DNA from: an uncultured Thermoanaerobaculia bacterium
GTDB taxonomy: Bacteria; Acidobacteriota; Thermoanaerobaculia; Multivoradales; Multivoraceae
Assembly: GCA_951813015.1 (NCBI GenBank)
Contig: CATOTG010000011.1
Span: forward strand, 19,843 to 83,842
Direction of reading: 5' to 3'
Length of the DNA stretch: 64,000 nucleotides
This document shows positions 37,475-47,127 of the stretch, one piece after another. Each line of letters begins with the position of its first letter. Position 1 is the stretch's first letter. Below the pieces are notes generated by a model that saw only the letters and a list, made by a program, of their open reading frames with translations, was not told the DNA's origin and made no database searches. The translations under genes and the position numbers were made by a program.

Positions 37475-40400
37475 ATGACATCCCAGGGAAGCCCGAAACG
37501 ACAGCCTGGAACCACAAAACACACCGCTGCCTGCCGGGCACAGCGGGAGTTCGCCACAAAGCGATCCACTGGACGACCGCCGGGCACTTCTGCTGAGCCG
37601 GCCGAACCCGCAACAGTCGGCCCTCCGAACCGGGAGCTGCTGCGGTTCAGGCGCGCAAGCTGCTCGAGATCGTCCGCGCCCCGCGGCGCCCGTGTGGCCG
37701 CATTCCTGCTCGGCGCCGCCTGTTTCGCAGGCGTGGCCGAAGGCCAGCGGCTCTGGAGCGTCGATGAGGTGACGGTCCGGCCGCGTCCGCCGGTCGAGGC
37801 CGCCGGCGCCCTGCCCTCTGCCGCAACGGCCGGCGCCGGACCCCTGACCGCCGAGGCTGCGCGGATCCAGGTCACGTTCGACTACCTGCGGCTCGGCTTC
37901 GGACGCCTCGAACTGCCGCTTGCGGACGGCACGGTAATCGAAGCCGAAAACGCGGTGTTCGAGGACCGCGGAAACGGCAACTTCCTGTGGACCGGCGAAG
38001 TGCCCGGCGCCGGATACGAAAGCGTCCTGTTCACGGTCCACGACGAGCACCTCGTCGGCTGGTTCGGAGAACCGGGAGGACCGAAGTACACCGTCCACGC
38101 CGGACCCGACGGCCGGGGAACGCTTGCCGTTGAACAGGGACCAACCGGAAACTGGTGCGGCGTGATGGATGGAAGGCCGCTGGCCGGCCCGGCCGCCGCG
38201 GCGACGCCCGCCCGGGACCTCCCGGATTCTGTTGCGGGAAGATCGACCGGCAGCGTTCTGGACATCCTCGCCCTCTATCCCCGCCGCACGGAACTCTGGT
38301 GGCGGGTCATCGGAGGGCCCTCCGTCGGCATCCAGCAACTCGAGGACTACCTGAACATGGTGTTCCGCAACGGACAGATCCCGGCGACGGCGAATCTGAT
38401 CCCCGAGCGATGGGACCCGGTCTGGGCGAGTCATCCCGGTGTGGGCGGCGGTCACCGCAACAATTCGTTCTGGCATTGGGAGTTCGGATCCAGCCACGAC
38501 GTATGGCGGCTGCAAGAGCGCCATCAAGCCGACCTCGTCCACTTCGTGCCCGACAGGGGTACCTCATACGCAGCCGGCGTTGCTTCCTTGAGATTCAGTT
38601 TCGAGCCGGGCGTTTACACCGGCTGGTCCGTGCCCTGGCCGCCGGACATCTTCGCCCATGAGATCGGGCACAACCTCGGAGGTGTCCATGAGCCGGCGAC
38701 CTTCAAGGACTTCGCCGAGGCCCAAGCGTGGTACGCAGAGCACTTTCGCCCGTACGTCTTCGGCCACACCGACCTGACCTCGTGCGCCACGCGTGAGGGA
38801 AGGGGCGACGCACTGTACTGCCCAAGTACGGTCATGAGCTACGGCCAGGACCTCTGGGACGACCCCGACCGTTACGCCGTGAGGGAACCGTTCTACTCGT
38901 CCGTTCGGCACCAGCCGAACGGCTGGACGATCGGCGTCGCCGGGACGAGCGAGGTGGAACGCCTGTTCCATGAGACCGTTCCCGTGGCGGTCCGCAGCGG
39001 GGAGGCTGAGGAACCCAGGGCGCAGGACCCGCGACGGATCACGGCCCGGTGGACAGACCGGAACACGGTGCGTGTGTCCTTTGCTCTTGACCAGCGGAGC
39101 ACCGCTGGGTATGTGAACGTCGGCCTGACGGGAGGCGGAAGCGAATTTTACCAGTGGGCGTTCAAGCATCTTGACACTGAGGGTGGTGGGTGGAAGTACG
39201 TTGTTGACGAGGAGTGGACCGACAGCAACGTGACGCCGCTCTTCGATCCGCCGGATGAATTCGCGACCCCGGAGGTGACGGGCGTGGACATCACCGGGCT
39301 GCGGCCGGGTGGCCGCTACAAGGTCTCGGCGGACAGGTCGGGTGCCCTCAGCAGCGATGTGTTCGATCTGCGGCCGCCGGAAGCCGCGCAGGGCGCTCCG
39401 GCGGCGCCGGAGCATCTGAGCGCCCCGACAACGGGAGACGACGCCGTCCGTCTGACCTGGCGCGCCGACGGCTCGGCGCCGCCAGACGGCTTCGAGGTCT
39501 GGTACCGCAAGTGGTCCGGCGACGAGCCGGATGAAGTCTGGCGGCGCTACGAAGGACCGCTGCCGGCGGACGCCCGCTCGGCAGACGTCCGGGGACTCGC
39601 GGCGGAGGAGGAGGTACCGATAACGGATCCCTTTTGGGATTCGGAGAGGCAAGTCTGGATCGACCGAGCGCACGCGCTGCGCGGCCGGTACTCTCTCGTC
39701 GTCGTCGCGTACAACGCCGCGGGCTTCGCCGCCAGCGAGACCCTGGACTTCGAGTTCATGCCGGGGCCGTTCCCGGAGGCCACGCCCGCGGGAGAGCTGC
39801 CAGATTGCTCGACTTGGACACGGTCCTCCGGCCTGGAGTTGGACGGCTACGACGTTTACGTTTGCTTGGAGACTCCCGGCGGCGAGCGTCGGCGGGCTTG
39901 GGATTACGGCCTGTCGGCGGACCAGTCCGGGCTCTTGTACTTCTTCGATCGCGACAACGTCGAGCTGCTCGTGAAGGTCCTGGATGGCTGCGCCGTGAAC
40001 GGCCACCGCTGGGTCTTCGTCGCGCCCGTGACGACCCTGGGATTTCGGCTGGCCATTCAGGAATGGGGTCCCTACGTCGCGGACAGGCGCCAGAGCTGGT
40101 ACTACGATTCAAAGCGCCGGCCTCAGGAGCGTATCGGGCGGAACATCGACGACGGCAACCCGCAGGGCAGTACCGCCCGCACGGTGAGCGACACGATGGC
40201 CTTCCCCTGCACGCCGGCCGAGATCGCCGCTGCAAGGGCGAAAGCGGCGGTCGCGGAGGGCGGACACGCGGCGTTCCTGCGTTCCCGCGGCCTGACCGGC
40301 GCCGGCCTGGCCTCGCTGGAGCGCCGCAGCGCGGGCGCGTCCACGGACTGCGAGCCGGGCGGAACCGCACTCACCCTGGCCGGCGGCTACCGGGTCTCCA

Positions 40401-40693
40401 TGTGCTACGAGACCTACGCCGGCGACACCGGCGACGCCCTCGACTGGGGCCTCGATTCCTCGCAGTCCGCGCTCTTGTACTTCTTTGAGCGGAACAACGC
40501 GGAAGTCCTGATCAAGGTGCTCGACGGCTGCGGCGTGAACGGCCACCGCTGGGTCTTCGTCGCGCCGGTCACCGACCTCGCCTTCAACCTGCGCGTCGAA
40601 AGCCCGGACGGCGAGGTCTGGACCCACACGAACCGCCTGGGACAGACCGCCGACGCGGCGAGCGACACCTCGGCCTTCGGCTGCACAGCGTGA
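37475..40693 (+). CDS. large secreted metzincin-type zinc metalloprotease, tandem paralog 2 (same architecture)
   Basis: Collinear with 33979..37200 at an offset of 3,496 bp. HEIGHNLGGVHE starts at nt 38658. AGGAGG lies 8 nt before ATG 37475. The SD-ATG context aatcac[g/a]gga..ccac.acatgaca is duplicated too. The ORF-track start at 37364 lies upstream of the duplicated SD. Confidence 0.8.
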   Translation: MTSQGSPKRQPGTTKHTAACRAQREFATKRSTGRPPGTSAEPAEPATVGPPNRELLRFRRASCSRSSAPRGARVAAFLLGAACFAGVAEGQRLWSVDEVTVRPRPPVEAAGALPSAATAGAGPLTAEAARIQVTFDYLRLGFGRLELPLADGTVIEAENAVFEDRGNGNFLWTGEVPGAGYESVLFTVHDEHLVGWFGEPGGPKYTVHAGPDGRGTLAVEQGPTGNWCGVMDGRPLAGPAAAATPARDLPDSVAGRSTGSVLDILALYPRRTELWWRVIGGPSVGIQQLEDYLNMVFRNGQIPATANLIPERWDPVWASHPGVGGGHRNNSFWHWEFGSSHDVWRLQERHQADLVHFVPDRGTSYAAGVASLRFSFEPGVYTGWSVPWPPDIFAHEIGHNLGGVHEPATFKDFAEAQAWYAEHFRPYVFGHTDLTSCATREGRGDALYCPSTVMSYGQDLWDDPDRYAVREPFYSSVRHQPNGWTIGVAGTSEVERLFHETVPVAVRSGEAEEPRAQDPRRITARWTDRNTVRVSFALDQRSTAGYVNVGLTGGGSEFYQWAFKHLDTEGGGWKYVVDEEWTDSNVTPLFDPPDEFATPEVTGVDITGLRPGGRYKVSADRSGALSSDVFDLRPPEAAQGAPAAPEHLSAPTTGDDAVRLTWRADGSAPPDGFEVWYRKWSGDEPDEVWRRYEGPLPADARSADVRGLAAEEEVPITDPFWDSERQVWIDRAHALRGRYSLVVVAYNAAGFAASETLDFEFMPGPFPEATPAGELPDCSTWTRSSGLELDGYDVYVCLETPGGERRRAWDYGLSADQSGLLYFFDRDNVELLVKVLDGCAVNGHRWVFVAPVTTLGFRLAIQEWGPYVADRRQSWYYDSKRRPQERIGRNIDDGNPQGSTARTVSDTMAFPCTPAEIAAARAKAAVAEGGHAAFLRSRGLTGAGLASLERRSAGASTDCEPGGTALTLAGGYRVSMCYETYAGDTGDALDWGLDSSQSALLYFFERNNAEVLIKVLDGCGVNGHRWVFVAPVTDLAFNLRVESPDGEVWTHTNRLGQTADAASDTSAFGCTA

Positions 40694-40695
40694 AC

Positions 40696-40720
40696 CGGCG
40701 CCGGGGTTTCCCCGGCGCCG
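40696..40720 (+). terminator. GC-rich hairpin 3 nt after the paralog-2 stop (terminator-like, no U-tract)
   Basis: cggcgccgggg-ttt-ccccggcgccg: a perfect 11-bp stem with a 3-nt loop. Confidence 0.5.
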
Positions 40721-40852
40721 CCTCCCGTTCGCGATCACGTCCCGCTGGTTGGGCGGGATGCTTGCCGCTTGAATGCAGCGCGACCTTGCTACGGGCTGAC
40801 AGGCCAGCACAACGGTCAACCAGCCTTGGCCAGAGGTGTCCAGGTGCCGGTG

Positions 40853-41002
40853 CTAGTCGCGAGGGAAGCTCTCCTCGAGTTCCGCGGCGGTCCAGGGTTC
40901 CCTCCGCTCGGCCGTGGCCTCCCGCACCCCGGTGACCGTCTCCGGTGAAACCGGACCCGCGGTGTTGCCCCAGCTTCTCCGGATGTAGGTCAGCAGCGCG
41001 GA
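40853..41002 (-). pseudogene. orphan 3'-terminal fragment (about 49 codons) of a paralog of the heme-binding dehydrogenase gene
   Basis: Translates to SALLTYIRRSWGNTAGPVSPETVTGVREATAERREPWTAAELEESFPRD*. It aligns at DNA level to 41506-41655, the true 3' end of the 41506..43927 gene. An in-frame stop lies immediately upstream. Confidence 0.7.
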
Positions 41003-41106
41003 TCAAGCGCGAGCGTCATGTGCTCCGCTCGGACAAGACCTCCGCCGAAACCGTGTACGGCGTCACTTCGCTGGGACCGGAATGGGCATCGACCAGCGAA
41101 CTGCTG
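40999..41106 (+). mobile_element. relic of an ISAs1-family-like DDE transposase (about 35 codons)
   Basis: RIKRERHVLRSDKTSAETVYGVTSLGPEWASTSELL resembles the conserved ..ETVYa(v/i)TSL..e.A.p.eL.. block that precedes the HW.IEN motif in this transposase family. The rest of the gene is absent. Confidence 0.45.
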
Positions 41107-41292
41107 AGCCCTCGACCCGGAAGCGTTTGCCGAGGGCAAGGTAGACTTCAAGGTGCTTCGCCGGACCACGGTCGTGTTCCGGGACAGCGCTTTCGCCGAC
41201 GATGTCACGAAGGCGAACGTCGCGGCTATCCTCGAGCAGTGCGGTTTTCCCATGTACGGAGTCTCTGAGGGGCATGGAGGACGGTCCACCGC

Positions 41293-41463
41293 ATGGCACG
41301 ATACGAACGACTGCTACGGACCATCTTGCTGGGGCGGTCAGACGCGGGAATTCGGTTTGCTGAGCTACGCGGGCTGTTGCTGCGTCTCGGGTTTGACGAA
41401 CGAATCCGCGGAAGCCATCACATCTATACTCCCTCTCTGCCAACGTACGTGACACAGCGGTGA
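41293..41463 (+). pseudogene. hicA: hicA-like toxin gene, probably 3'-truncated (56 codons)
   Basis: MARYERLLRTILLGRSDAGIRFAELRGLLLRLGFDERIRGSHHIYT... matches the HicA pattern (..irF.eL..lL..lGF.er.rGSHHiF). The ORF is too short to appear in the track, local GC is lower, and no convincing hicB lies nearby. Confidence 0.55.
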
Positions 41464-41505
41464 TGCCGGCCAATGGTGGACGGCACACGTTGGCAAGGAG
41501 GATCG

Positions 41506-43927
41506 CTAGTCGCGAGGGAAGCTCTCCACGAGTTCTTCGGCGGTCCAGGGGTCCGCGCGGTCGCTCGTTCGTTCACGCACCCCGGTGACCGTCTCCGGCG
41601 AAACCGGATCCGCCGTGTTGCCCCAGCTTCCTCCGGATGTAGGTCAGCAGCGCGGCGAGCGCCGGGTCCGGCAGTCGCGGATCGGGAGCGAAGCCGGGCA
41701 TGAAATCGTCCCAGATTTCGCCGTGGACCTCGATCGGGCCTTCGATCCCGTGGAGGACGAGTGCGGCAAGGCGTTCCGGCGGGCCGAGGACCCATGGCGA
41801 GTCGACCAGACTCGGGCCCAGGCCGTCCTGACCCCGGCCGTCTTCGTTGTGGCATGAACTGCAGGCCCGGTAGTGTCGGCGGCCGCTGTTGAACCGGGCT
41901 GCTTCGTCGGCGGTCAGCGTGCGGGCGGCGGGCCGCTCCCGGGCTTCGCCCGCCCCCGCGCCGTCCAGGTTGGCGGCGAGAGCGGCCTGATGGCGGAGCG
42001 GACCATCCTGGCGGGCGGTGAGCGCGCCGGCGGCAGGCGCCTCCCGGGCTTCGCCGCCGCCGGTGTCGTCCAAATTGGCGGCGAGCGCGACCTGACGGTG
42101 GAGGGGATCTTCGGGGTGGGCGGCCAGACGTTCCCCAAGGGCATCTCGGGCCCAAGACGCTTCGCGAGCGGCGGCGCCCAGGGTGAGCAGCGCCTGGGTG
42201 CGGACCTGGACCGACGAGGAGTCCAGCAGTTCGGCGATGGCGGTACGACCGTTCGGGCTTGTGGCCAGAGCCGCCGCGCCCGCCCGCAGGCCGTGGACGA
42301 CGAGCCAGGGGTCGCGCTCCCGGATGGCCGCCTGCACGGTCGCCGCGTCGAGTTCGCCGCGTCCGCTGAGCGTCCAGAGGGCGTGGATGCGCGCCAATGA
42401 GCTCCGGCTCGTCCGTGCGAGTTCCCGCAGCGCATCGTGTTCCGCCCCGGTCAGTTCGCCCTCGACCAGGAGGCGCTGGGCGGTGTCGCGGCGCCAGCCG
42501 TTCGGATGGGACAGCGCGGCGATGCGGGCCGCCGTGGCGGCCAGTTCCGGCGCCTCGCGGCGTACCGGCGCCGGGTCGGCGGACGTCCCCTCCCAGACCA
42601 CGCGGTAGATGCGGCCCATGCCCAGAGGCCGGTCCAGCCCGTGCTCGAGGATGTACTCGCGCAGGTAGGTCGTCACGTACCGCACGTGCTGCAGGATGCC
42701 GCGATACATGTCGATCACGTACAGCGTCCCGTCCGGTCCGACTTTCGCGTCGACGGGCCGAAAGCGCTCGTCGGTCGAGGCCAGGAACTCGCGTTCCACC
42801 CAGTCCGGATCCCCGTAGCGACGGTGCTCGGCGACCAGGGTCGGGATCCCGCTCTCCACCGCGCCAGGGGCAAGATCGAAGTGCGCAACGACATTGCCGG
42901 CCGGCTCCGGCACGAACACGTCACCCCGGAAGGTGGCGGGGAACTGGTCGCCGCGATAGACCGTCAGCCCGCTGACCGAAGTGGTCACGGCGAGCCTGCC
43001 GTCGTCGCGCAGCATGCCGTTCACGTAGCCGCGGTTGATGCCGGGATTGACCCGGATCGAGTAGACGGACTCGTCGTGGACAAGGCGCTCGCTGGCGCCG
43101 ATGCCGCCGCCCCGCGGCTGGTGCTCCGGGTTGGCCAGGGCGTAGTCGGCCGGGATCAGATCGGCGAAGAGGTAGCGCGAGTTCGTGTTGTAGTAGAGGC
43201 GGCCGACGTCGTCCTGGGCGATGCCCCACTGACCGCGAAACAGGGTCGAATCGACCTCAACCGAGAATCCGCCGGCAGCGCGCCGCAACCGGAAGCGGCG
43301 ATCCGACTTCGCGTTGTAGATCCAGTTGTCGAGTGCCCGGAGCAGCCCGTTCTCCGTGTGCTCGAGCAGGTCGGGGTCGGGATCGCCGTAGTCGAGCAGC
43401 CGCTCGCGGCTCGCGCAACGGGGCAGAGCCCCATCGTCCGCCTCGCTCCGGCACAGCCACAGGTTCGGCGGTTCGCCGATCAGGATCCCGCCGGAGACGG
43501 CGGCGATGGCCCGGGGACTGATGAGTCCGTCCAGGTAGACCCCGTGGCGATCCATCATGCCGTCGTGGTCCGTGTCCTCGAGCACGACGACGCGGCCGAC
43601 GGGCGCCTGCTCACCCTCGCCGTCGACTGTCGGCATGAAGCCGCGCATCTCGACGACGTAGAGGAGGCCGCGCTCGTCCCAGGCGATTGCCACGGGATCC
43701 TCGACGAGGGGTTCCGCGGCGACGAGTTCGAGGCGGAAACCCGGGGCCACGCGGAAGCTCGCCATCGCCTCCGCCGGAGACAGGGGAGGGGCGTCGGGCG
43801 CCTCGAACCGGCGCCACACCTGGTCCATCACATGACCTTCGCGGTCGCCGCGCTGGGCGGCGACCGGAACCGAGGCCGAAGCCACGCCAATCAGGGCCGC
43901 CGCGGCCATCAGTGATCTCCCGCCCAT
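41506..43927 (-). CDS. PVC-type heme-binding (CxxCH) protein with membrane-bound-dehydrogenase-like domain and HEAT-like repeats; apparent frameshift near its 3' end
   Basis: N-terminal signal and FRVAPGFRLELVAAEPLVEDPVAIAWDERGLLYVVEM (dehydrogenase-type propeller). Cytochrome c motif CSSCH. The track ORF stops at 41573, but the conserved tail (WGNTADPVSPETVTGVRERTSDRADPWTAEELVESFPRD*) continues in another frame after about 41626-41633. Confidence 0.8.
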
Positions 43928-43950
43928 CGCGGTGGAGTAGCCTAGCCGAG

Positions 43951-45372
43951 ATGCCGGAGACCCTGTCTGCCGCCGAGCGGACCGACCTGCAGGTCGGGCT
44001 TCGCATGGCTCACCCGCCTGATCCGGGCGCTCTTGCCGAGGAGCGGCAGCGCCTGGCGGAGCTCGATTCGGCGCCTCGAAAGACTCGCTGGCGCGCCTTC
44101 GCCGGGCTGATCGGACCCGGGTACATGCAGAGCGCGATGACGCTCGGCAGCGGCACCGCGGCGTCCGCTCTGTTCGCGGGAGCGGTGTTCGGTTACCAGC
44201 TCCTGTGGGTGGCGCCGCTGGCGATGCTTCTGGGCCTGGTCATGCTGTCGGCCGTTGCCCACCAGACGCTTTCGACGGGCGTCCGGCCATTCGACGCGAT
44301 GCGGCGCTTCGCCGGCGCTCCGCTGGCCTGGAGCTGGGCACTGGGGGCGCTGATCGCCTCGATCGTCTGGCACTTCCCGCAGTACGCGCTGGCGTCCGCC
44401 GTGCTGGTCGATCTCGGCGAGGCCGCCGGCGTCGAGGGCCTGCCGGCGTCCGGGCTCGGCTTCGTCGTTCTGTTCTGGGCGATTCTCATCTCGTCGCTCT
44501 ACGGACGCCGGCCGGAACTCATCCGCGTCTACGAGCGCCTGTTGCGGTACATGGTGTGGGGAATCGTCTTCTGTTTCGCCTGGGTCGTGCTGCGCACGGG
44601 AGTATCGGACTGGGGAGCGCTCTTGCGGGGCTTCGTCGGCTTCGCGGTGCCGGGAGAACGCAACGGCGTGCTCGGCGTGACGGTGATCCTGAGCGGCCTG
44701 TCGGCGGCGGTCGGCATCAACATGGTGTTCCTGTACCCGTACTCGCTGCTGGCGCGCGGCTGGTCGCGGGAACACCGTTCGCTGGCGCGATTCGATCTCT
44801 GGACCGGCACCTTCGTGCCCTACGTTCTCGCAGCCAGCCTGATGGTCATCGCGGCGGCAAACACGATCCACCTCGACCCCGCCTACGACGGCACGCGGCT
44901 GGGCCCGGTCGAAGCCGCGAAGTCGCTGGCCGCGGTCGCCGGTCCGGCGGTGGGCCGGGTGGTCTTCGACCTCGGCGTGCTCGGAATGGCGCTGTCCACG
45001 ATCACCCTGCACATGCTGGCCACCGGCTTCGTCGCCTGCGAGCTCTTCGGTTGGCGGTTCGGCGGCCGCAAACACCGCCTCGCCATGCTGCTGCCCGCTC
45101 CGGGCGTGCTCGGACCTGTGTTCTGGGGCGACATCGCGGTGTGGCTGGCGGTGCCCACAAACATCGTCTGCGGCCTGTTTCTGCCCGCTGCGTACATAGG
45201 CTTCGTCATCCTGCAACGCAAGCGGGGTTACCTGGGAGACGACCGGCCGGACGGGACCCGCGGCTGGTTGTGGTGGGGACTGATGGTCGGTGTGACCGTC
45301 TTCCTGACCGCTTTCATGGCCTGGTACGTCTTCACCCAGGGACCGGGCTACTTCGGACGCCTGACCGGCTGA
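43951..45372 (+). CDS. NRAMP-related (APC-superfamily) membrane transporter
   Basis: Multi-TM protein with an NRAMP-like N-terminal motif region (FAGLIGPGYMQSAMTLGSGT), but no canonical DPGN. The start is set at ATG 43951, because the longer ORF overlaps the divergent gene. Confidence 0.6.
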   Translation: MPETLSAAERTDLQVGLRMAHPPDPGALAEERQRLAELDSAPRKTRWRAFAGLIGPGYMQSAMTLGSGTAASALFAGAVFGYQLLWVAPLAMLLGLVMLSAVAHQTLSTGVRPFDAMRRFAGAPLAWSWALGALIASIVWHFPQYALASAVLVDLGEAAGVEGLPASGLGFVVLFWAILISSLYGRRPELIRVYERLLRYMVWGIVFCFAWVVLRTGVSDWGALLRGFVGFAVPGERNGVLGVTVILSGLSAAVGINMVFLYPYSLLARGWSREHRSLARFDLWTGTFVPYVLAASLMVIAAANTIHLDPAYDGTRLGPVEAAKSLAAVAGPAVGRVVFDLGVLGMALSTITLHMLATGFVACELFGWRFGGRKHRLAMLLPAPGVLGPVFWGDIAVWLAVPTNIVCGLFLPAAYIGFVILQRKRGYLGDDRPDGTRGWLWWGLMVGVTVFLTAFMAWYVFTQGPGYFGRLTG

Positions 45373-45390
45373 AGGCTGCGTTCCGGTTCC

Positions 45391-46125
45391 ATGCTCCAGC
45401 TTCGATCGGTCGGCATGCAGTTCGGGGCGGTCGAGGCGCTTCACTCCGTCGACCTGGATCTTGCGCCCGGCGAAGTCGTCGGGCTGATGGGCGACAACGG
45501 GGCCGGGAAGTCGACGCTGCTCAAGATCGTCGCGGGGAACTTCGCGCCGACGTCGGGCGAGGTTCGCCTGGACCAGCGCGCGGTGGAACTCACGCCGCTG
45601 TCGGCGCGGGAGCACGGGATCGAGGCCGTCTACCAGGACCTCGCCCTGTGCGACAACCTCTCCGCGGCCGCGAACGTGTTCCTGGGCCGCGAGCTGAGCC
45701 GCAGACTGCTCGGGGTCCTGCCAGTGCTGGATCACGCCGCGATGCGCCGAAGATCGGCGGAGCTGTTTGATGAACTCGGTTCCGACACACGCCCGGACGA
45801 CCTCGTGCGAAGGATGTCGGGAGGGCAGCGGCAGGCGGTCGCCATCGCCCGCGCGCGTCTCAGTTCGCCTCGACTCATGCTGCTCGACGAGCCGACCGCG
45901 GCGATCAGCGTGCGCCAGATCGCCGAGGTTCTGGAACTCATCCGCGGCCTGCGCGAGCGGGGCGTCTGTGTGCTGCTGATCTCCCACCGGATGTCCGACG
46001 TGTTCGCGGTCGCGGACCGCGTCGTCGTGCTGCGACGCGGACGAAAGGTGGCCGACAAGGCAACGACGGATTCCTCGCCGGAGGAGGTGACCGCGCTGAT
46101 CACGGGTGCGATCGAAGCGGCGTGA
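45391..46125 (+). CDS. sugar-type ABC transporter ATP-binding protein (single cassette)
   Basis: Walker A (GDNGAGKST), signature (MSGGQRQAVAIAR) and Walker B (LMLLDEPTAAIS). Confidence 0.9.
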   Translation: MLQLRSVGMQFGAVEALHSVDLDLAPGEVVGLMGDNGAGKSTLLKIVAGNFAPTSGEVRLDQRAVELTPLSAREHGIEAVYQDLALCDNLSAAANVFLGRELSRRLLGVLPVLDHAAMRRRSAELFDELGSDTRPDDLVRRMSGGQRQAVAIARARLSSPRLMLLDEPTAAISVRQIAEVLELIRGLRERGVCVLLISHRMSDVFAVADRVVVLRRGRKVADKATTDSSPEEVTALITGAIEAA

Positions 46126-47075
46126 AGAGCCTGCGCCGAACGCCCCAGTCGCTTTGGGTGATGTTGACGGTCGCCGCTCTGGCCGGCGTGATGAGCCTCG
46201 TCTCGGCGCCGTTCGCGAGCGCCGACAACATCTTCAACATCAGCCGAAACTTCGCCTTCATCGGTCTGGTCGCGCTCGGCCAGACGGCGGTCATCGCCAC
46301 GGGCGGGATCGATCTCTCCGTCGGCTCCGTGATGGGCCTTTCCGGGATCGTGACGGGACTCGTTCTGGGTTCGGGCCAGCCTCTGGTGCTTGCCGCGGCG
46401 GCTGGACTCGGTTGCGCGTTCCTGTGCGGACTGACCAACGGCGCGCTCGTGGGGTATCTCCGATTGTCGCCCTTCGTCGTCACTCTCGGCATGCTGAGCG
46501 TCGCGCGCTCCCTGGCCCTGGTGGTTTCCAACAACAAGATGATCCACGACTTCGGGCCCGACGAGCGTGTCGTGCTCGCCCTCGGCGGCGGACGCTTCCT
46601 GGGACTCGCCAACCCGGTCTGGTTGCTCCTCGTTGCCGCGCTCTGCGCTGCGGCGTGGTTCCGGTACAGCCGCCTGGCCCGTCACGTGCTGGCGGTCGGC
46701 GGGAACGAGAACTCGACCCGGCTGGCCGGGGTTCCCGTGGCCCGGGTCAAGCTCACGGTCTATGTTCTGAGCTCTCTTCTGGCCGGTGTTTCCGCGATCC
46801 TGATGATCGGGTGGCTGGGAGCGGTCACGAACGCGCTGGGCCAGGGCTACGAACTGCGCGTCATCGCCTCGGCCGTGATCGGCGGCGCCAACCTGATGGG
46901 CGGCGAAGGCGGCGCCTTCGGGGCGGTCGCGGGTGCGGCTCTGATCGAGCTGATCCGGAACAGTCTTCTGCTGCTCGGCGTCGACCCTTACTGGCAGGGC
47001 GCCTTCGTCGGCGGCTCGATCATCGTCGCTATGCTTGTCGAGCGAGTTCGACGCGGAAGCCGAACCGCTGGCTAA
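46122..47075 (+). CDS. ABC transporter permease (RbsC/branched sugar type)
   Basis: 317 aa, multi-TM, with a GGIDLSVGS motif. The start overlaps the ATPase stop. Confidence 0.85.
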   Translation: MKSLRRTPQSLWVMLTVAALAGVMSLVSAPFASADNIFNISRNFAFIGLVALGQTAVIATGGIDLSVGSVMGLSGIVTGLVLGSGQPLVLAAAAGLGCAFLCGLTNGALVGYLRLSPFVVTLGMLSVARSLALVVSNNKMIHDFGPDERVVLALGGGRFLGLANPVWLLLVAALCAAAWFRYSRLARHVLAVGGNENSTRLAGVPVARVKLTVYVLSSLLAGVSAILMIGWLGAVTNALGQGYELRVIASAVIGGANLMGGEGGAFGAVAGAALIELIRNSLLLLGVDPYWQGAFVGGSIIVAMLVERVRRGSRTAG

Positions 47076-47127
47076 GGCCGGGGGCCGGGGCGTGGGTTCG
47101 CTCGGGAATCCCGGCGCCTGAACGGAG

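Noticed and set aside
33898-40006. Long antisense ORFs opposite the two metalloprotease genes (33898..35091, 35158..37251, 37313..38542, 38564..40006; 397-697 aa)
   Set aside because: They are Arg/Pro/Gly/Ala-rich translations with no motifs, typical shadow ORFs of high-GC DNA. They occur in pairs only because the sense genes are duplicated. The same applies to most minus-strand ORFs over the RND genes, hemN, the FtsX permease and others.
33979-40693. Diversity-generating retroelement acting on the paralogs' variable patches
   Set aside because: No reverse transcriptase gene is present. No template repeat is evident. The differences are not restricted to adenine-templated positions or to a C-terminal variable region.
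41103-41292. A HicB-type antitoxin upstream of the hicA-like ORF
   Set aside because: The only open frame (..EGKVDFKVLRRTTVVFRDSAFADDVTKANVAAILEQCGFP..) does not resemble the HicB families I know and lacks a clear start.
43687-43950. Upstream extension of the NRAMP-like ORF
   Set aside because: It overlaps the divergent heme-binding gene and is Arg/Pro-rich. ATG 43951 gives a sensible N-terminus.
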